From an uncultured Nitrososphaerota archaeon (GTDB lineage Archaea > Thermoproteota > Nitrososphaeria > Nitrososphaerales > CADDZS01): a stretch of 64,000 nucleotides of DNA. A program made the translations under genes and the position numbers. Of the stretch, positions 37,466-47,944 are shown in pieces. Below the pieces are notes generated by a model that worked only from the letters and a program-made list of their open reading frames with translations, had not been told where the DNA came from and made no database searches. Position 1 is the first letter of the stretch. Each line of letters begins with the position of its first letter. The DNA lies in the NCBI GenBank assembly GCA_963799845.1, contig CAWCYI010000008.1, positions 23,490-87,489 on the forward strand, read 5' to 3'.

Positions 37466-38935
37466 TTGACTGCCCTCACCCTATCACCCGTGCAAGCCAA
37501 ACGCATGGGACCAACCCTCGTTCCCGACCGATCGCGAGTGCTCATGCGCCCCTTTTATCCGACCAGTGACGATGTCGCCCGCAGGATTGTCGCCCGTGTC
37601 ATGGCTCTTTCGGATAAAACAGTCGCCCAACTGCTGGATCAGGTGATGGGCGAGTTTGAGGATCGGCACGAGAATGCTGAAAGAATTTTCCGCAATCGCT
37701 TCGCGGAGGTGCGCCATTACCTTGACGAAGAGTTGGAGCCTTCGGTGGAGCGGCAGGCGCTCATCGGCTCTCACTTCACGCACGAATACTCTCCAGAATC
37801 CGCGGCTCTGTTTAATCCTTCCATCGTACTACACCCGGATCAGACAGGACTGGCTAAAGGCGCGGTCCGTTTCATCTTGAGTTTGCGGGCAACGGGCGAA
37901 GGGCATATTTCCTCTATCACGTTCCGAGTCGGCGTCGTCAGTGCGCGGAGCCGGATCACCCTCATGCGGCCGGTGCCGTTTGTCACGGAGCCAGAGCGCG
38001 TGTCGGACGCCACTTACGACAAACCTCAATTTGCGCGTAAACTAAAGGAAGGGGATGTGCAGGACTACTTTTGTCAGCGCGTGTTGGATCAACTCCCCGA
38101 GGCTTTCGTCCTGGACGACCTGCATCGCATAGTGACAGCGGAGCGCCGGAAAACGGATTCGGCCGATGCCACGATTGACCGTGCCGCGCGCGAAATCCTA
38201 CTGTTAGCAGAGTCGAACTACGAAGTAAACTTCGCCTCCGGCAGCCAAATCTCGCAGCGCATCATCTTTCCGTCCACGGCAAGCCAGCGGAACGGCATCG
38301 AGGACGCTCGCTTTGTCCGCTTCGAGAACGAGGATGACAGCTTCACCTACTACGCAACTTACACCGCCTACGACGGCAAGATTACCCTTCCGCAATTGCT
38401 GGAGACGTCGAACTTTGTCCACTTCAAATTCAGCACGCTCAATGGCCCCGCCGTGGAAAACAAGGGCATGGCGCTTTTCCCGCGCAAAATCAACGGCCGT
38501 TACGTTATGCTTTCGCGCCAGGACGACGAGAACATTTTGATCATGTTTTCCAACAACATCCATTTCTGGGAAAAGCCCAAGTTGCTACTCTCGCCTTCGC
38601 AACCGTGGGAATTCTTCAAGATGGGTAACTGCGGCTCACCCATTGAAACCGAAGCTGGCTGGCTTGTCATAAGTCACGGCGTCGGGGCCATGCGCAAGTA
38701 TTGCCTCGGGGCATTCTTACTCGACTTGAACGATCCCACGCGCGTAATTGGCCGCCTGCGCGAACCTTTGCTGTCTCCGAACGAATCAGAGCGGGAGGGC
38801 TACGTACCGAATGTCGTCTACACTTGCGGCGCGCTGCTTCACGGACGTCAACTCGTCATCCCTTACGCGATGAGTGACTCCGCCACAACGTTTGCGACTG
38901 TGTCCCTGGATGAGCTGTTGCACGCCATGGAATAG
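37466..38935 (+). CDS. GH130-family glycosidase/phosphorylase
   Basis: ALFNPSIV, GEGHISS, GIEDARF, NKGMALFP, GNCGSP, GYVPNVVY. Confidence 0.88.
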   Translation: MTALTLSPVQAKRMGPTLVPDRSRVLMRPFYPTSDDVARRIVARVMALSDKTVAQLLDQVMGEFEDRHENAERIFRNRFAEVRHYLDEELEPSVERQALIGSHFTHEYSPESAALFNPSIVLHPDQTGLAKGAVRFILSLRATGEGHISSITFRVGVVSARSRITLMRPVPFVTEPERVSDATYDKPQFARKLKEGDVQDYFCQRVLDQLPEAFVLDDLHRIVTAERRKTDSADATIDRAAREILLLAESNYEVNFASGSQISQRIIFPSTASQRNGIEDARFVRFENEDDSFTYYATYTAYDGKITLPQLLETSNFVHFKFSTLNGPAVENKGMALFPRKINGRYVMLSRQDDENILIMFSNNIHFWEKPKLLLSPSQPWEFFKMGNCGSPIETEAGWLVISHGVGAMRKYCLGAFLLDLNDPTRVIGRLREPLLSPNESEREGYVPNVVYTCGALLHGRQLVIPYAMSDSATTFATVSLDELLHAME

Positions 38936-39059
38936 AAATTAGCCCTCTGCCATGTTTTTCATCAGATAACGGTTACGCTAAGCCCTCTTCCAACAAAGAG
39001 TACAGTACCGTTGTAGAACTCTTTGCGAGTATTTCACCTTCCTCACGGCTCGATTGACA

Positions 39060-39359
39060 TTATGATATCGTCGAAAAGCATCCAGCGCATTGGGTTTTCT
39101 TTGGGATTATTCCGACTTGCTTGGTTCCCAATTTTACATACAGCTGAACTGCCCACGAATTAGTATGAAATGCAGCTAGTTCGATTGAGACCAAGCCAGC
39201 CTTTCGACATTCATCCAAAGTAGTTCGAACCAATTCGGATCCGATCCGCTGATCAGTAGAACGGCCAAAGCCAACATAGACGGTCAGAAAACACAAGCAG
39301 ATTAGTGATTCGGGAACACCCTGTTTAGTAGCTGATAGTTCGATCAACTCCTTAACCAT
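39060..39359 (-). pseudogene. GNAT acetyltransferase C-terminal fragment
   Basis: RIGSELV...IEL...NSWAVQLYVKLG. Confidence 0.55.
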
Positions 39360-39479
39360 AAGCTAAGATATGGTTTGTTCCAATGAAAACCGTTGAAAAG
39401 AACTTAATCGTATCACATTAAGGAAACGCAATGAATATCAAGAAACCTGTACAGATCTATTATGTCATCTGCAGGCGAC

Positions 39480-39728
39480 TCATATCTCGGCTCTTTCTGT
39501 AATCCCTTTTCCTTCAGAAACAAATAACTTGGGTTTGCCACCATCCATCCGTACGTAGCTATTGTGAATTGGTGCGGTCGTGATCCAAGAGCCGGTGTTT
39601 GCAACGTTCTCGGCCTTGTTTACAAATGGCCGGTGCGTATGCCCAAAGATGAGAACTTCACCCCAGCTTAGTTTACCCTGGCGAGATAATGCGTCAGCCG
39701 AGTTTCTCTCCGACACTTCTGAGTTCAA
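39480..39728 (-). pseudogene. Metallophosphoesterase C-terminal fragment
   Basis: IFGHTHRPF, VANTGSW; N-terminal motifs absent. Confidence 0.6.
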
Positions 39729-40150
39729 AATGAGAGGAAGACCGGATTTAGAATATGGTTTACTTTTTCTTCAGCATCTCTGCGCGGAAGCTCTCCAAGC
39801 TCTGCCTCCCACTTTTCGAGAACGGGAGTAGAATACATCCTCAGAGCCTTCTCACTTTCGATGCCCGTTCCATATTCGACGATACGTCGAATTACTTTCT
39901 CCCTTCTGTCATATTGTTTCTCAAGCCGCTCTACGAGCTTTCTTAGTTTTTGCTGGTCTTTCTCGTAATCCTCAAAAGGAAGCCCCTGCTCGAGCGCCTC
40001 CATGTCGTTCACCATCTCTTCTTCATCAGGAACCTCATATGCCTCTGTCTTTTCCATTGAATCCAGCATCCCTTTTTTCGTTTCTGATCCTAACGAATAC
40101 GCGTTATATAAGACGGCGATAGGATTCTTAGATGTGATAATGGCGTGCAA
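39725..40150 (-). CDS. Hypothetical acidic protein (start probably ~40069)
   Basis: Charged, helical-looking ORF. Confidence 0.5.
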   Translation of the reverse strand: MHAIITSKNPIAVLYNAYSLGSETKKGMLDSMEKTEAYEVPDEEEMVNDMEALEQGLPFEDYEKDQQKLRKLVERLEKQYDRREKVIRRIVEYGTGIESEKALRMYSTPVLEKWEAELGELPRRDAEEKVNHILNPVFLSF

Positions 40151-40611
40151 AGCTGGATGAAAAAAAGAAACCGCGAAATAGGTAATTTTACATCCACGAA
40201 CACCGGAGAAAGTACTTCAAAGACTGTTTCCTGTTCAACATCTCAAAGCGAAAACCCATCGAATTTGAGTGCAACTTCATCTTACGAGATTGCAGCGGTT
40301 GCCGTCGCTGTTGTTTCTGTGTTGGGCGTCCTTATTTTCCGACGACCTCTCCTTGCGAAGGATTTCGAGCTGTTTTTTTCTCGCTGCTGTTCGCAGTGAG
40401 AAATCTAGCATCTCCTGGCCTCAGATTTCCCACCTGACTGAATATCTCAATTCTTCACAACCTATCGTGATGAATACATCAATTCAGAGAGTTATTTTTG
40501 AGGTAGATTTTGCTTTCCATTCTTGTTCAACTTGTTGAACAGAGTGCAGGCTTGAGTTCAGATCGTGTTCAAAATAGATTGTTCTAATACGATACTGATG
40601 AGAGTAGTGGT

Positions 40612-40818
40612 ATGAGCTCCAACCGAAGCCTTGTATTTTCTGAAGTGATCGCTGCCGTGGTAGCAATCGCTCTTGTTTCGGGATTCGTCGCGATAGGCGT
40701 ACTGAATACGACAGAATCTACTTATTTTTCTTCGCTTAGAAACCATAGCCTTACCGCTTCGGTTCAAAGCAATAGTTCGAGTCAGGTTGGGCCGTTACAT
40801 TTCATGAAATTGAAGTAG
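40612..40818 (+). CDS. Short TM protein or N-terminal fragment of a secreted protein
   Basis: SEVIAAVVAIALV hydrophobic segment with Ser-rich tail. Confidence 0.35.
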   Translation: MSSNRSLVFSEVIAAVVAIALVSGFVAIGVLNTTESTYFSSLRNHSLTASVQSNSSSQVGPLHFMKLK

Positions 40819-41475
40819 ATGTGGAATAATGACAGGCATAGAAAGTTCAGGGCCAACATTCGAAGGCAGTAGTGACGATAGTGGATACTTCTCCAACTCA
40901 GGAATATTTGCAAGCTCAACTTCAAGCTTGCAGTTCCTTACCGGGATCGATTCGGATTGGCTTGTGACTTCATCTAGCAGTAAAGTGCGTCTGAGATATC
41001 GCGTGAAGAAACAAATCAAAAGAACTGCGACAAAGATCATAATGATGTCGCCCGTGAATAGACTGATATCTCCGACAGTCATAATCACCAGCAAAACCAA
41101 ATCAATAGCAAACAAATCAATAGGCAAAATCAAACTGCACAAAAAAGCGGCAGTTAGTGGTGTAGTTGGATTGGGAATATTCTGTGGCGCGGTTGATTAT
41201 TTAGGAATCGATGGTATTTCTAATTTAATCCAATACATAAACCAAAATATTCTTTTAGCCATGATGTTGTCCGCGATGTCTGGCTATTTGATTCATTACA
41301 TAGGATCACTCATTGCGCCAGCTAAAACACGTTCAGTCTGTCCGAGTTGTATAAAAGAAGCGCAGATAGAAAAGATGAATGGAAACGTATCGTGACGAGC
41401 AGATGTGGAATGCAGACTCTTTGCAAATCACCACACCATCTTGAGTCGTTTGGTATGCTGTCTAGCTTTAGCAGA

Positions 41476-41670
41476 TTATTTTCTCGCCGACTCTACTTCT
41501 AACCTGAGCTTCTCTAGGTGTATCTTGTCTAACTCGAGAAGCCGGAGCCTGATTGCCTCATGGATAAACTCGGTGGGCGACCTGTATCCATGAAATTCTT
41601 GAATATACTTTCGCACATCTTTCACAAGCTTCTTATCAACGCTTATAGATTCGTAGGAGTTGCTGGGCAA
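41476..41670 (-). CDS. Ribbon-helix-helix regulator
   Basis: YESISVDKKLV...GYRSPTEFIHEAIR. Confidence 0.8.
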   Translation of the reverse strand: MPSNSYESISVDKKLVKDVRKYIQEFHGYRSPTEFIHEAIRLRLLELDKIHLEKLRLEVESARK

Positions 41671-41707
41671 CGCGAATCAGCCTCTCAAAAGGGATATTTC
41701 TATATTT

Positions 41708-41730
41708 GTATACCGTATAAATAACGTATA
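41708..41730. promoter_or_regulatory. GTATA x3 candidate RHH operator between divergent genes
   Basis: GTATA at 41708, 41715 and 41726. Confidence 0.35.
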
Positions 41731-41750
41731 GAACCCTTATAGGTGAGGAG

Positions 41751-42203
41751 GTGTATCTATACACCATGCAAACCACAACAGAAAAGATACACTACAAGAG
41801 CGACGGAATATTCAACGCACCAGTTGAGAAAGTCTGGAAATACATGCCAGCGGCTGATCATCAGCATAGCGCTTTCAAGACTTACAACGTTGTCGAACAG
41901 GCTGGAAATCAGGTTACTGTGAAAGCAGAAATCTATAACAAAGATAGAACAACCCAATCTTCGACTTTCAAGTATACCATGAGTCCTCCAAAACAGATGA
42001 ACACGACCATTATCGGAGGCGCAATGGACGGTGCGACATTCACGCATACGTACACCCCATTGGGTGAAAAGACGCGCGTTGATCTGGAAGGAGATTTCAA
42101 ACCGATCCCAGGAGTCAACAAGGAAGAGCAGCTAAAGTCGATTGATGCATTTTTCACGACTGCCTTCAATGAAGACAATGCAAATCTGCAAAAGATGAAG
42201 TAA
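41751..42203 (+). CDS. SRPBCC/START-like protein
   Basis: FNAPVEKVWKY, IIGGAMDG, YTPLGEKTRV. Confidence 0.7.
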   Translation: MYLYTMQTTTEKIHYKSDGIFNAPVEKVWKYMPAADHQHSAFKTYNVVEQAGNQVTVKAEIYNKDRTTQSSTFKYTMSPPKQMNTTIIGGAMDGATFTHTYTPLGEKTRVDLEGDFKPIPGVNKEEQLKSIDAFFTTAFNEDNANLQKMK

Positions 42204-42223
42204 AGGAAATCAAGAAGGAAAGG

Positions 42224-42250
42224 ATATCAAGGGATACGTTCCCTTGATAT
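42224..42250. terminator. Perfect 11-bp hairpin downstream of the SRPBCC gene
   Basis: ATATCAAGGGA-TACGT-TCCCTTGATAT. Confidence 0.6.
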
Positions 42251-42688
42251 GACTGCTTTAATCAGACACAACAAGAAGAACGGCTTTAGCGGTGTTTTGA
42301 TTCGGCCTGAAGAATCTTAAAACGTCAGTTTCCCTTTTCTTACTTGTTTCTGTGATTCGAGGGCAGTCTGGATGGCTTCTTTCGGATAAGATTGATCATT
42401 TATGCAAGAGTTTCCCTTTGTCAACCAGGACCGTTTGATCGGCCCGAAGAGTACCGTTCTTTACGATCCCAACGAACTGGCAACATTACTGGTCATTGAC
42501 CACTGGGATTGAAATGAACATCTAGCAAGTTCTTGCAATCCTGTACTTGCTTCTCAACGAAGTCACGGCGGCACTTTCCCTGACCTGCGGATTGATCGTC
42601 AGTACACGTCTTTCGCGTTGTAATGGAGTCTTCGGAAGGCCCACAAGTTGTTGTGCATTTAACTGCAACAGTGAAGAAGGTGCGCTAG

Positions 42689-42822
42689 AGGCGCAAACGC
42701 CCTAAATCGGGTATTTTCTCAACCGAAGGGAGGAACTTCCGGTGACCATCCTTCCTGCGCCCCTGTTGATGTATAGGTTGTCGAATACACCCTAGTTCGG
42801 ATGGAATGTTCGGTTTGCGCCT
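42689..42822. repeat. Structured element copy A (core 42738-42804) with outer 10-bp IR
   Basis: AGGCGCAAAC/GTTTGCGCCT, AACCGAA/TTCGGTT, CCATCC/GGATGG and TGTAT/ATACA nested pairings; core homologous to 43850-43916. Confidence 0.75.
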
Positions 42823-42831
42823 ATTCCCCAC

Positions 42832-43638
42832 TTAATCCCTTATGGTTGTAGTTGTTGTGGACGTGATAGTCGTAGACGTAGTGGTAGTTGATGTGGTTGT
42901 TGCGCGGCAACCAGACATGTTTACGGTATTGTCGTCCATAGTGACTGCTCCGTTTCTTGCAAGTAGTCTACCTGTAACCGTCGCTCCCGTAGTTGCTGTG
43001 ATGCTAGTGAGAGCCAGTATACTCCCAGCAAACTTTGTGGTTGTTCCTAAAGTTGCTGAACTTCCGACTTGCCAGTAGACGTTACATGGATTACCGCCTC
43101 CGCTCATTTTGACCGATGATGCGCTGGCGGTAGTTAGGGTGCTACCTATCTGAAATATCCAGACTGCATTAGGATTGCCTCCAGCATTCAGAGTAAGAGT
43201 GCCTGTAAGACCAGCAGATGACGCGAAGCAATAGACGTTAGGGACTAGAGTTTGACCGCCTAAGTTCTTTCCGGTCATGACCGTATTACAGGTTTGACTA
43301 GCAAGACTATTGTAGGCAGTCACAAGATCGGTCTTGGCTAGAATTGCCGGTGCATTAGCGATATTAATGGTTCCTGCTACTAATCCAGTATGGGGAATGA
43401 TGCATGGTGCCTGAAAACCTGTGCACGAAGTACCGGGACTCAATCCTAGTTTCCCAGTTACGAGACTAGGGCCGGTATTAGTTATTGCTGACCCTGCTAA
43501 TACTACATACTTTGATACTGTTCCAAGATTTGGCGCTATTCCCGCTGTAACTCCACTTGATGCCCCAACTCCAACAAAGAGAGAGATAAAAAGCAGTGCT
43601 CCAACGACGCCCATTGTAGTTCTATGAATATTGTTCAT
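42832..43638 (-). CDS. Ice-binding-like protein (DUF3494) with signal peptide and Thr-rich tail
   Basis: VLAGSAITNTG, DLVTAYN, LGGQTLVPNVY, NAVWIFQIGSTLTT, NVYWQVGSSATLG, GRLLARNGAVT. Confidence 0.92.
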   Translation of the reverse strand: MNNIHRTTMGVVGALLFISLFVGVGASSGVTAGIAPNLGTVSKYVVLAGSAITNTGPSLVTGKLGLSPGTSCTGFQAPCIIPHTGLVAGTINIANAPAILAKTDLVTAYNSLASQTCNTVMTGKNLGGQTLVPNVYCFASSAGLTGTLTLNAGGNPNAVWIFQIGSTLTTASASSVKMSGGGNPCNVYWQVGSSATLGTTTKFAGSILALTSITATTGATVTGRLLARNGAVTMDDNTVNMSGCRATTTSTTTTSTTITSTTTTTIRD

Positions 43639-43787
43639 AATTTTTTTTTACCTTCAATAACCGATATTAGATTAATACTCCTTGGTTGCCATTAAATCTG
43701 TTCATGAATAGCAATTATTGGAAACCCGAGGCATTTGATTTTACTTCGTTTATGGTAATTAATTGCATGGTGTTATTCGTTGTTCCG

Positions 43788-44399
43788 TTAAAAGAAACGT
43801 TGAATGTCCCTGGCATTCTGGCTGGGATCATTACCGGGCGATACTAACCTCCGGTGACCATCCTCCCACGCACCTGATGATGTATCGGTTGTCGAATATC
43901 TCCTCAGTTCGGATGGGCTATCGACAGGCTCAAAGATTTCGGTCCAGACTACGTCCTTGACTCCCTTCATTGCTTTAACATGCTCAAGGAGATCCGACAA
44001 AGTGGCTTTATCTTTCATGAAGACCTCGACCCGTAGGTCAATTGCTTGTTCTCCAATCGTTCTAAATACAGAGGTCACCTCTTCGAGCTTCAGAAGTTCC
44101 ATTCAAATATCGATCGTAGTCCCACCTGCTGTGTATATCAGAAGTTCAATTCTCCTGTATCCAAACTTCAGGGGGTCCAACGTGTAAGTTCTTATGAAAT
44201 AAGTCTCTTTGAGTCTCCTCCGTCTCCGCTGAACGGTACTCAATGAAACGCCAAATTGTTGAGATATTTCCTGCGAAGAAATTCTTCCCTCGGAATCGAC
44301 AAGCAGCTTTAGCATTTTCCTGTCTTCCTCCGAGAGCGGTAGTTGTACAGTCATTTGTTCAAGTGCGTTTGAAATCGTACTTTGATCACCCAATGACAA
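43788..44399 (-). pseudogene. Lrp/AsnC family regulator, frameshifted near 44103, 3' end running into element B
   Basis: HTH ISSQEISQQFGVSLSTVQRRRRRL, DPLKFGY, then VFRTIGEQAIDL...KGVKDVVW in another frame. Confidence 0.75.
43850..43916. repeat. Structured element copy B
   Basis: TCCGGTGACCATCC...GATGTAT.GGTTGTCGAATA...AGTTCGGATGG shared with 42738-42804. Confidence 0.8.
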
Positions 44400-44655
44400 C
44401 TAAAGAGTTGAGTGAGCTTTCTTAAAGAGTGGACTCGATCCTCAGAATTGAAAACAAGATCTGAACAGGTGGAGTCATTCACAATCAGAAGCAGTTGGTT
44501 ATCATAGTTGGGAATCGTATCTTTGCTTTAATTCTTCGAGATGCGTTTCATATTCCAAGAAGTTGGAAAACTTGAAGGTATTGACCAAGCAAAAAGCAGA
44601 GAAAAGAATAGGGCATGTGTATCGAGATAAATGGCAATTGGACTGATCCGAAAAA

Positions 44656-44829
44656 ATGGGCCTCGTTAATCTTGCAATCGTAATTTTCATGCTCATTATA
44701 GTGTTTGCAGTCCTTGGACTTGGAGGCTTAGCATCATTTCTCGGGAGTCTGCTTTATCTTATGATTATTCTGATAATTGTAGTATTCTTGGTTAGTCTAG
44801 TCACTGGAAGAAAATGGTATGGATTGTAA
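44656..44829 (+). CDS. DUF1328 / UPF0391 (YtjA-like) small membrane stress protein, below ORF-track cutoff
   Basis: MGLVNLAIVIFMLIIVFAVLGLGGLA...VFLVSLVTGR. Confidence 0.7.
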   Translation: MGLVNLAIVIFMLIIVFAVLGLGGLASFLGSLLYLMIILIIVVFLVSLVTGRKWYGL

Positions 44830-45002
44830 CCGCAGCCACTGGTAGAACAAATTAGATAATTCGAAAGGTGGGTAAGAGGACATTAAAACACGTGTGTGAA
44901 ATCTTCAGCGATACGTAGTTGACGCGCAACCGTCATCTCAAAGAGTCTGTAAGAACATACTTGATCTGTTCTTAGATTCACAAATTTGATCAGAACTTTC
45001 TG

Positions 45003-45272
45003 CTATCCGGATGAACTCGAAAAGCTACATTGAAAATTGTATCCTTTCGAAATCGGATGAGTGATAGTAATTCCACCCAGGGAAGCAGATGAGTGAGCGT
45101 TCACATAGGAACCGCAATGAGAGACGAGGAATGTCAAGGAAACATCGGCATCAACCTGATAGCTTGCTCCAAAAAATGAGCCGGATTGCGATGTCGTGGG
45201 AAAAATGGGCACTAAAAAGCTGAACAGTACAGCAATCACAATGAGGATGACAATCCATCGCCCTAAACCCAT
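45003..45272 (-). CDS. Small membrane-tethered protein with Cys pair
   Basis: N-terminal TM, FLVP, SHCG...FQCS. Confidence 0.6.
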   Translation of the reverse strand: MGLGRWIVILIVIAVLFSFLVPIFPTTSQSGSFFGASYQVDADVSLTFLVSHCGSYVNAHSSASLGGITITHPISKGYNFQCSFSSSSG

Positions 45273-45528
45273 GCCTTATTGGAAAGAAGCTCAGCACTGA
45301 TATACATTTTGGAGACTTTCAGATTAGAAGATTGTAAAAAGCAATTCTGTAGCGATCAGGATTGAAAATTGCAGAATTTGAAGCGAGATGAGATCAGGTC
45401 CGTCTCTGCCTAATAGACCTCCTCCTCCGTGGGCGTTCTTGCCCTGAATCTGTTTGACTACAACAAAAGATGATATAGCCACTCGAAAGGTGGTTATAGT
45501 CATTATCGCTTCATACGATTCAACAACC

Positions 45529-46732
45529 ATGAACTATGCTGAAAAGATACGGGAACACAAACTAGTCAACCTTTTTTCCCAGTTGAAGGGTCCCACCCTT
45601 GTCCGAATTGACATAAATCTGCCGTACGAAAACGGCGCAGTTGCGGAAGATGCAATGCGAATGAAAATCTATGCCAACATTGCCGAACTATATGCATCCT
45701 ACGTTCCGCTTGTCCTACTTGCTCACCAAGGTAGGAAAGGGGATGAGGATTTCTCTTCCTTGAAACCTCACTACAAGCTACTCCTAAAGTTGACTGAGAA
45801 GGTTGACATTGATTTCATAGAATATGAGAACGTTTTCACCGCGAACACCCGCCAAAAAATATTGCAGCTGAGACCAGGAAACATCCTGCTGCTCGATAAC
45901 GTGAGATACTTTGACCACGAAATGAGATTCGATCCATCGGATAGCCCTTACATTAATGGTTCAAAGGAGTCATCCAAACATGCGTGAATGATGCAATACC
46001 TGCTTGGCACAGGGACAACTCCAGCTTGATGTGTTTGCCACACATCGCCCCGACGCTTATCGGTGTGAGGTCGTCTCACGAATTGGATGAGCTCGAGGAA
46101 GTGAAAACAAGCAGGATGAGCAGAGCACTGGTCAGCGGGGGGAGCAAGCTCCAGAAGATCTCCGACCTGAAGAAAATATTTGATTCAGGCGTCAGTGGTT
46201 TTACGGGAGAACTTGTGGGGCAACTTGTAGCGCGCGCAAACGGTTACGACCTGGGAGAATCCAACAACGAATATCTTGAAAAGAAATTCTCAGCAAAGGA
46301 ATTCGAGGACGCGAAAAAGGTCCTGACGATGAAGGTCAAGCATCCCGTGGATTTCACTGTCGTTTCCGACGGGGAAAAACGAAGCGTCAATTTGAAGGAC
46401 TTAGCAAAACAAAAGGGCCAGATAGTCGATATCGGAGATGCTACCTAGACGCCTACGCAAGAGATCTGCAAGCTCACGAGATTAGGATTCGCGCAGGACC
46501 TCTTGGAATATACGAAAAGGGCTACTATAATGGAATCGAACTCACCAAGAGGATCGCAGGCGATGGCCTGTATTTCTTAGGCGGAGACACTTCGCAGGAA
46601 CTCATAGAGGGAAAGCTTCACGATCACAAAGAGAGTGCAGGAGGGAAGATTCTGATCAGCGGCGGAGCCGCCTTGCACTACCTGGCTGACGGCAGCTTCC
46701 CTTCGGTTGATGAAATTCTGAAACTGTCATAA
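45529..46732 (+). pseudogene. pgk: Divergent phosphoglycerate kinase homolog, two frameshifts (~45960, ~46446)
   Basis: VRIDINLP, LAHQGR, LLDNVRY, ND...HR, GGSK, VDIG, GPLGIYE, GGDT, ISGGA across three frames. Confidence 0.8.
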
Positions 46733-46838
46733 AGACTGGGATGCCATCTTCGATGACATAATCGGAAGTTATGATTCCGCAAAAAGCGCATTCAACGTTA
46801 GATTCAAGCACTTTGATCGGCAAGGAAACCGAGCTCAT
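46656..46838 (-). pseudogene. Trm112-like fragment (tentative)
   Basis: VECAFC...YVIEDGIPVFM. Confidence 0.35.
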
Positions 46839-47429
46839 GCCAATTTCATGAATATCCCTTTTCCCAAATTCCGATTATTGCCGAAGTATTTGTCTCTAGG
46901 TAATCTCGATGTCTATCATATTGATAAGATAAGTCAACTTTGACAGTTTTCAGCTCCTGATTCATTCGATTTGTTTCCGACAGTATTGACAGGTAGGAAA
47001 GTCGTTAAAGTTACTTTCGATGATGGCGATGCTCGGATTCTGAGGGTTCCGCGTCGATCAGTTCTTGAGTGTGCCTATTTTCGCCATAGGTCGAAGCAGA
47101 ATTCTGTTTCTTTAATCTATCAAGTTCATCTTCAAGAATTTCGATCCTTTCTTCTAATGACCGAGCATTCTCTTCAAGTTCATTGATTTTCCACATTATG
47201 AATATGTGGACCCGAATGGTTCGATTAGCTTTTACTTTTGATTGCGATCTATCGACCTTTTCCTTCATATTTTCTAATCGACAAAATGACTACCAGACAA
47301 AACCAGAGATTCCGGTACTTCTGGGATTCTGTTCTGCTTTTGTATAAATTTTCTTCTTGGATTTTTTGAGATTAGGGTTTATGCCAAGATTTAAGAAATT
47401 GCTGGCATTTTCCCTAAGAAGAATCAAAA

Positions 47430-47651
47430 TTGGGTACTGATTCCGAGCTGGCGATCTTGGAAGTTTTGGAGCTTCATGGTAGCATTACACTTCCAAAAAT
47501 TACCGAATTATCAAAATCCTCCGAGCTAGAATGTAATTCAATGCTCAATCATCTGATAACACAAGGATATGTCTTCAAAGTTGAAGATAGATTCTCGCTT
47601 ACATACTTTGGAAAATTGCGTCTTAAGGAGATAAAAAATAAGCTCTGCTAA
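47430..47651 (+). CDS. Small winged-helix protein
   Basis: ILEVL...LNHLITQGYV...FSLTYFG. Confidence 0.6.
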   Translation: MGTDSELAILEVLELHGSITLPKITELSKSSELECNSMLNHLITQGYVFKVEDRFSLTYFGKLRLKEIKNKLC

Positions 47652-47944
47652 TTCTCTATCCGGAAATCTTACTGTTAGCTGTACGCGAGCTGTCGAGGGT
47701 TATTTTCCGACCAAGATAAGACTTGTTTACTCCAGGGATTTTTGAAATCGATCAGAATATACTTAGTCCTAGATTAGAATTCTGGCTTTCACAAGTGAAT
47801 CCGTCACTGAACCATTCTCTACCGCAAGCTTTCCACTTGATTCTCAAGACTGAAATTATCTCGTAAAGATCATTTACTCCAGTGCCTTCCCCCCGACTGT
47901 CCCGATTGTGATTTATGGCGATTATGTTCTTCATTTCCTCACTT

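Noticed and set aside
40795-41395. Overlapping opposite-strand ORFs 40829-41395 (+) and 40795-41142 (-)
   Set aside because: Each looks protein-like only in part; the coding strand cannot be decided, probably fused fragments
42400-42640. CBS-domain-like words (SIPVVND..FVGIV) on the minus strand
   Set aside because: Interrupted by stops; too degraded to call
42680-42700. GTGCG start suggesting a group II intron
   Set aside because: No domain V and no reverse transcriptase ORF seen
42840-42902. GTT/GTA/GTG repeats
   Set aside because: Simply the codons of the Thr-rich tail of the ice-binding protein
43873-43900. CTGATGA in element B suggesting a hammerhead ribozyme
   Set aside because: No GAAA partner (GAAT instead), and copy A reads CTGTTGA
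43850-43916. SAM-I riboswitch-like words on the minus strand (ATCC..GACAACC..GGTGC..GGAT)
   Set aside because: Too short, lacks the P2 kink-turn/pseudoknot arm, and GGTGC is not kept in copy A
46446-46448. TAG in pgk as possible pyrrolysine readthrough
   Set aside because: The homologous sequence continues in a different frame, so it is an indel
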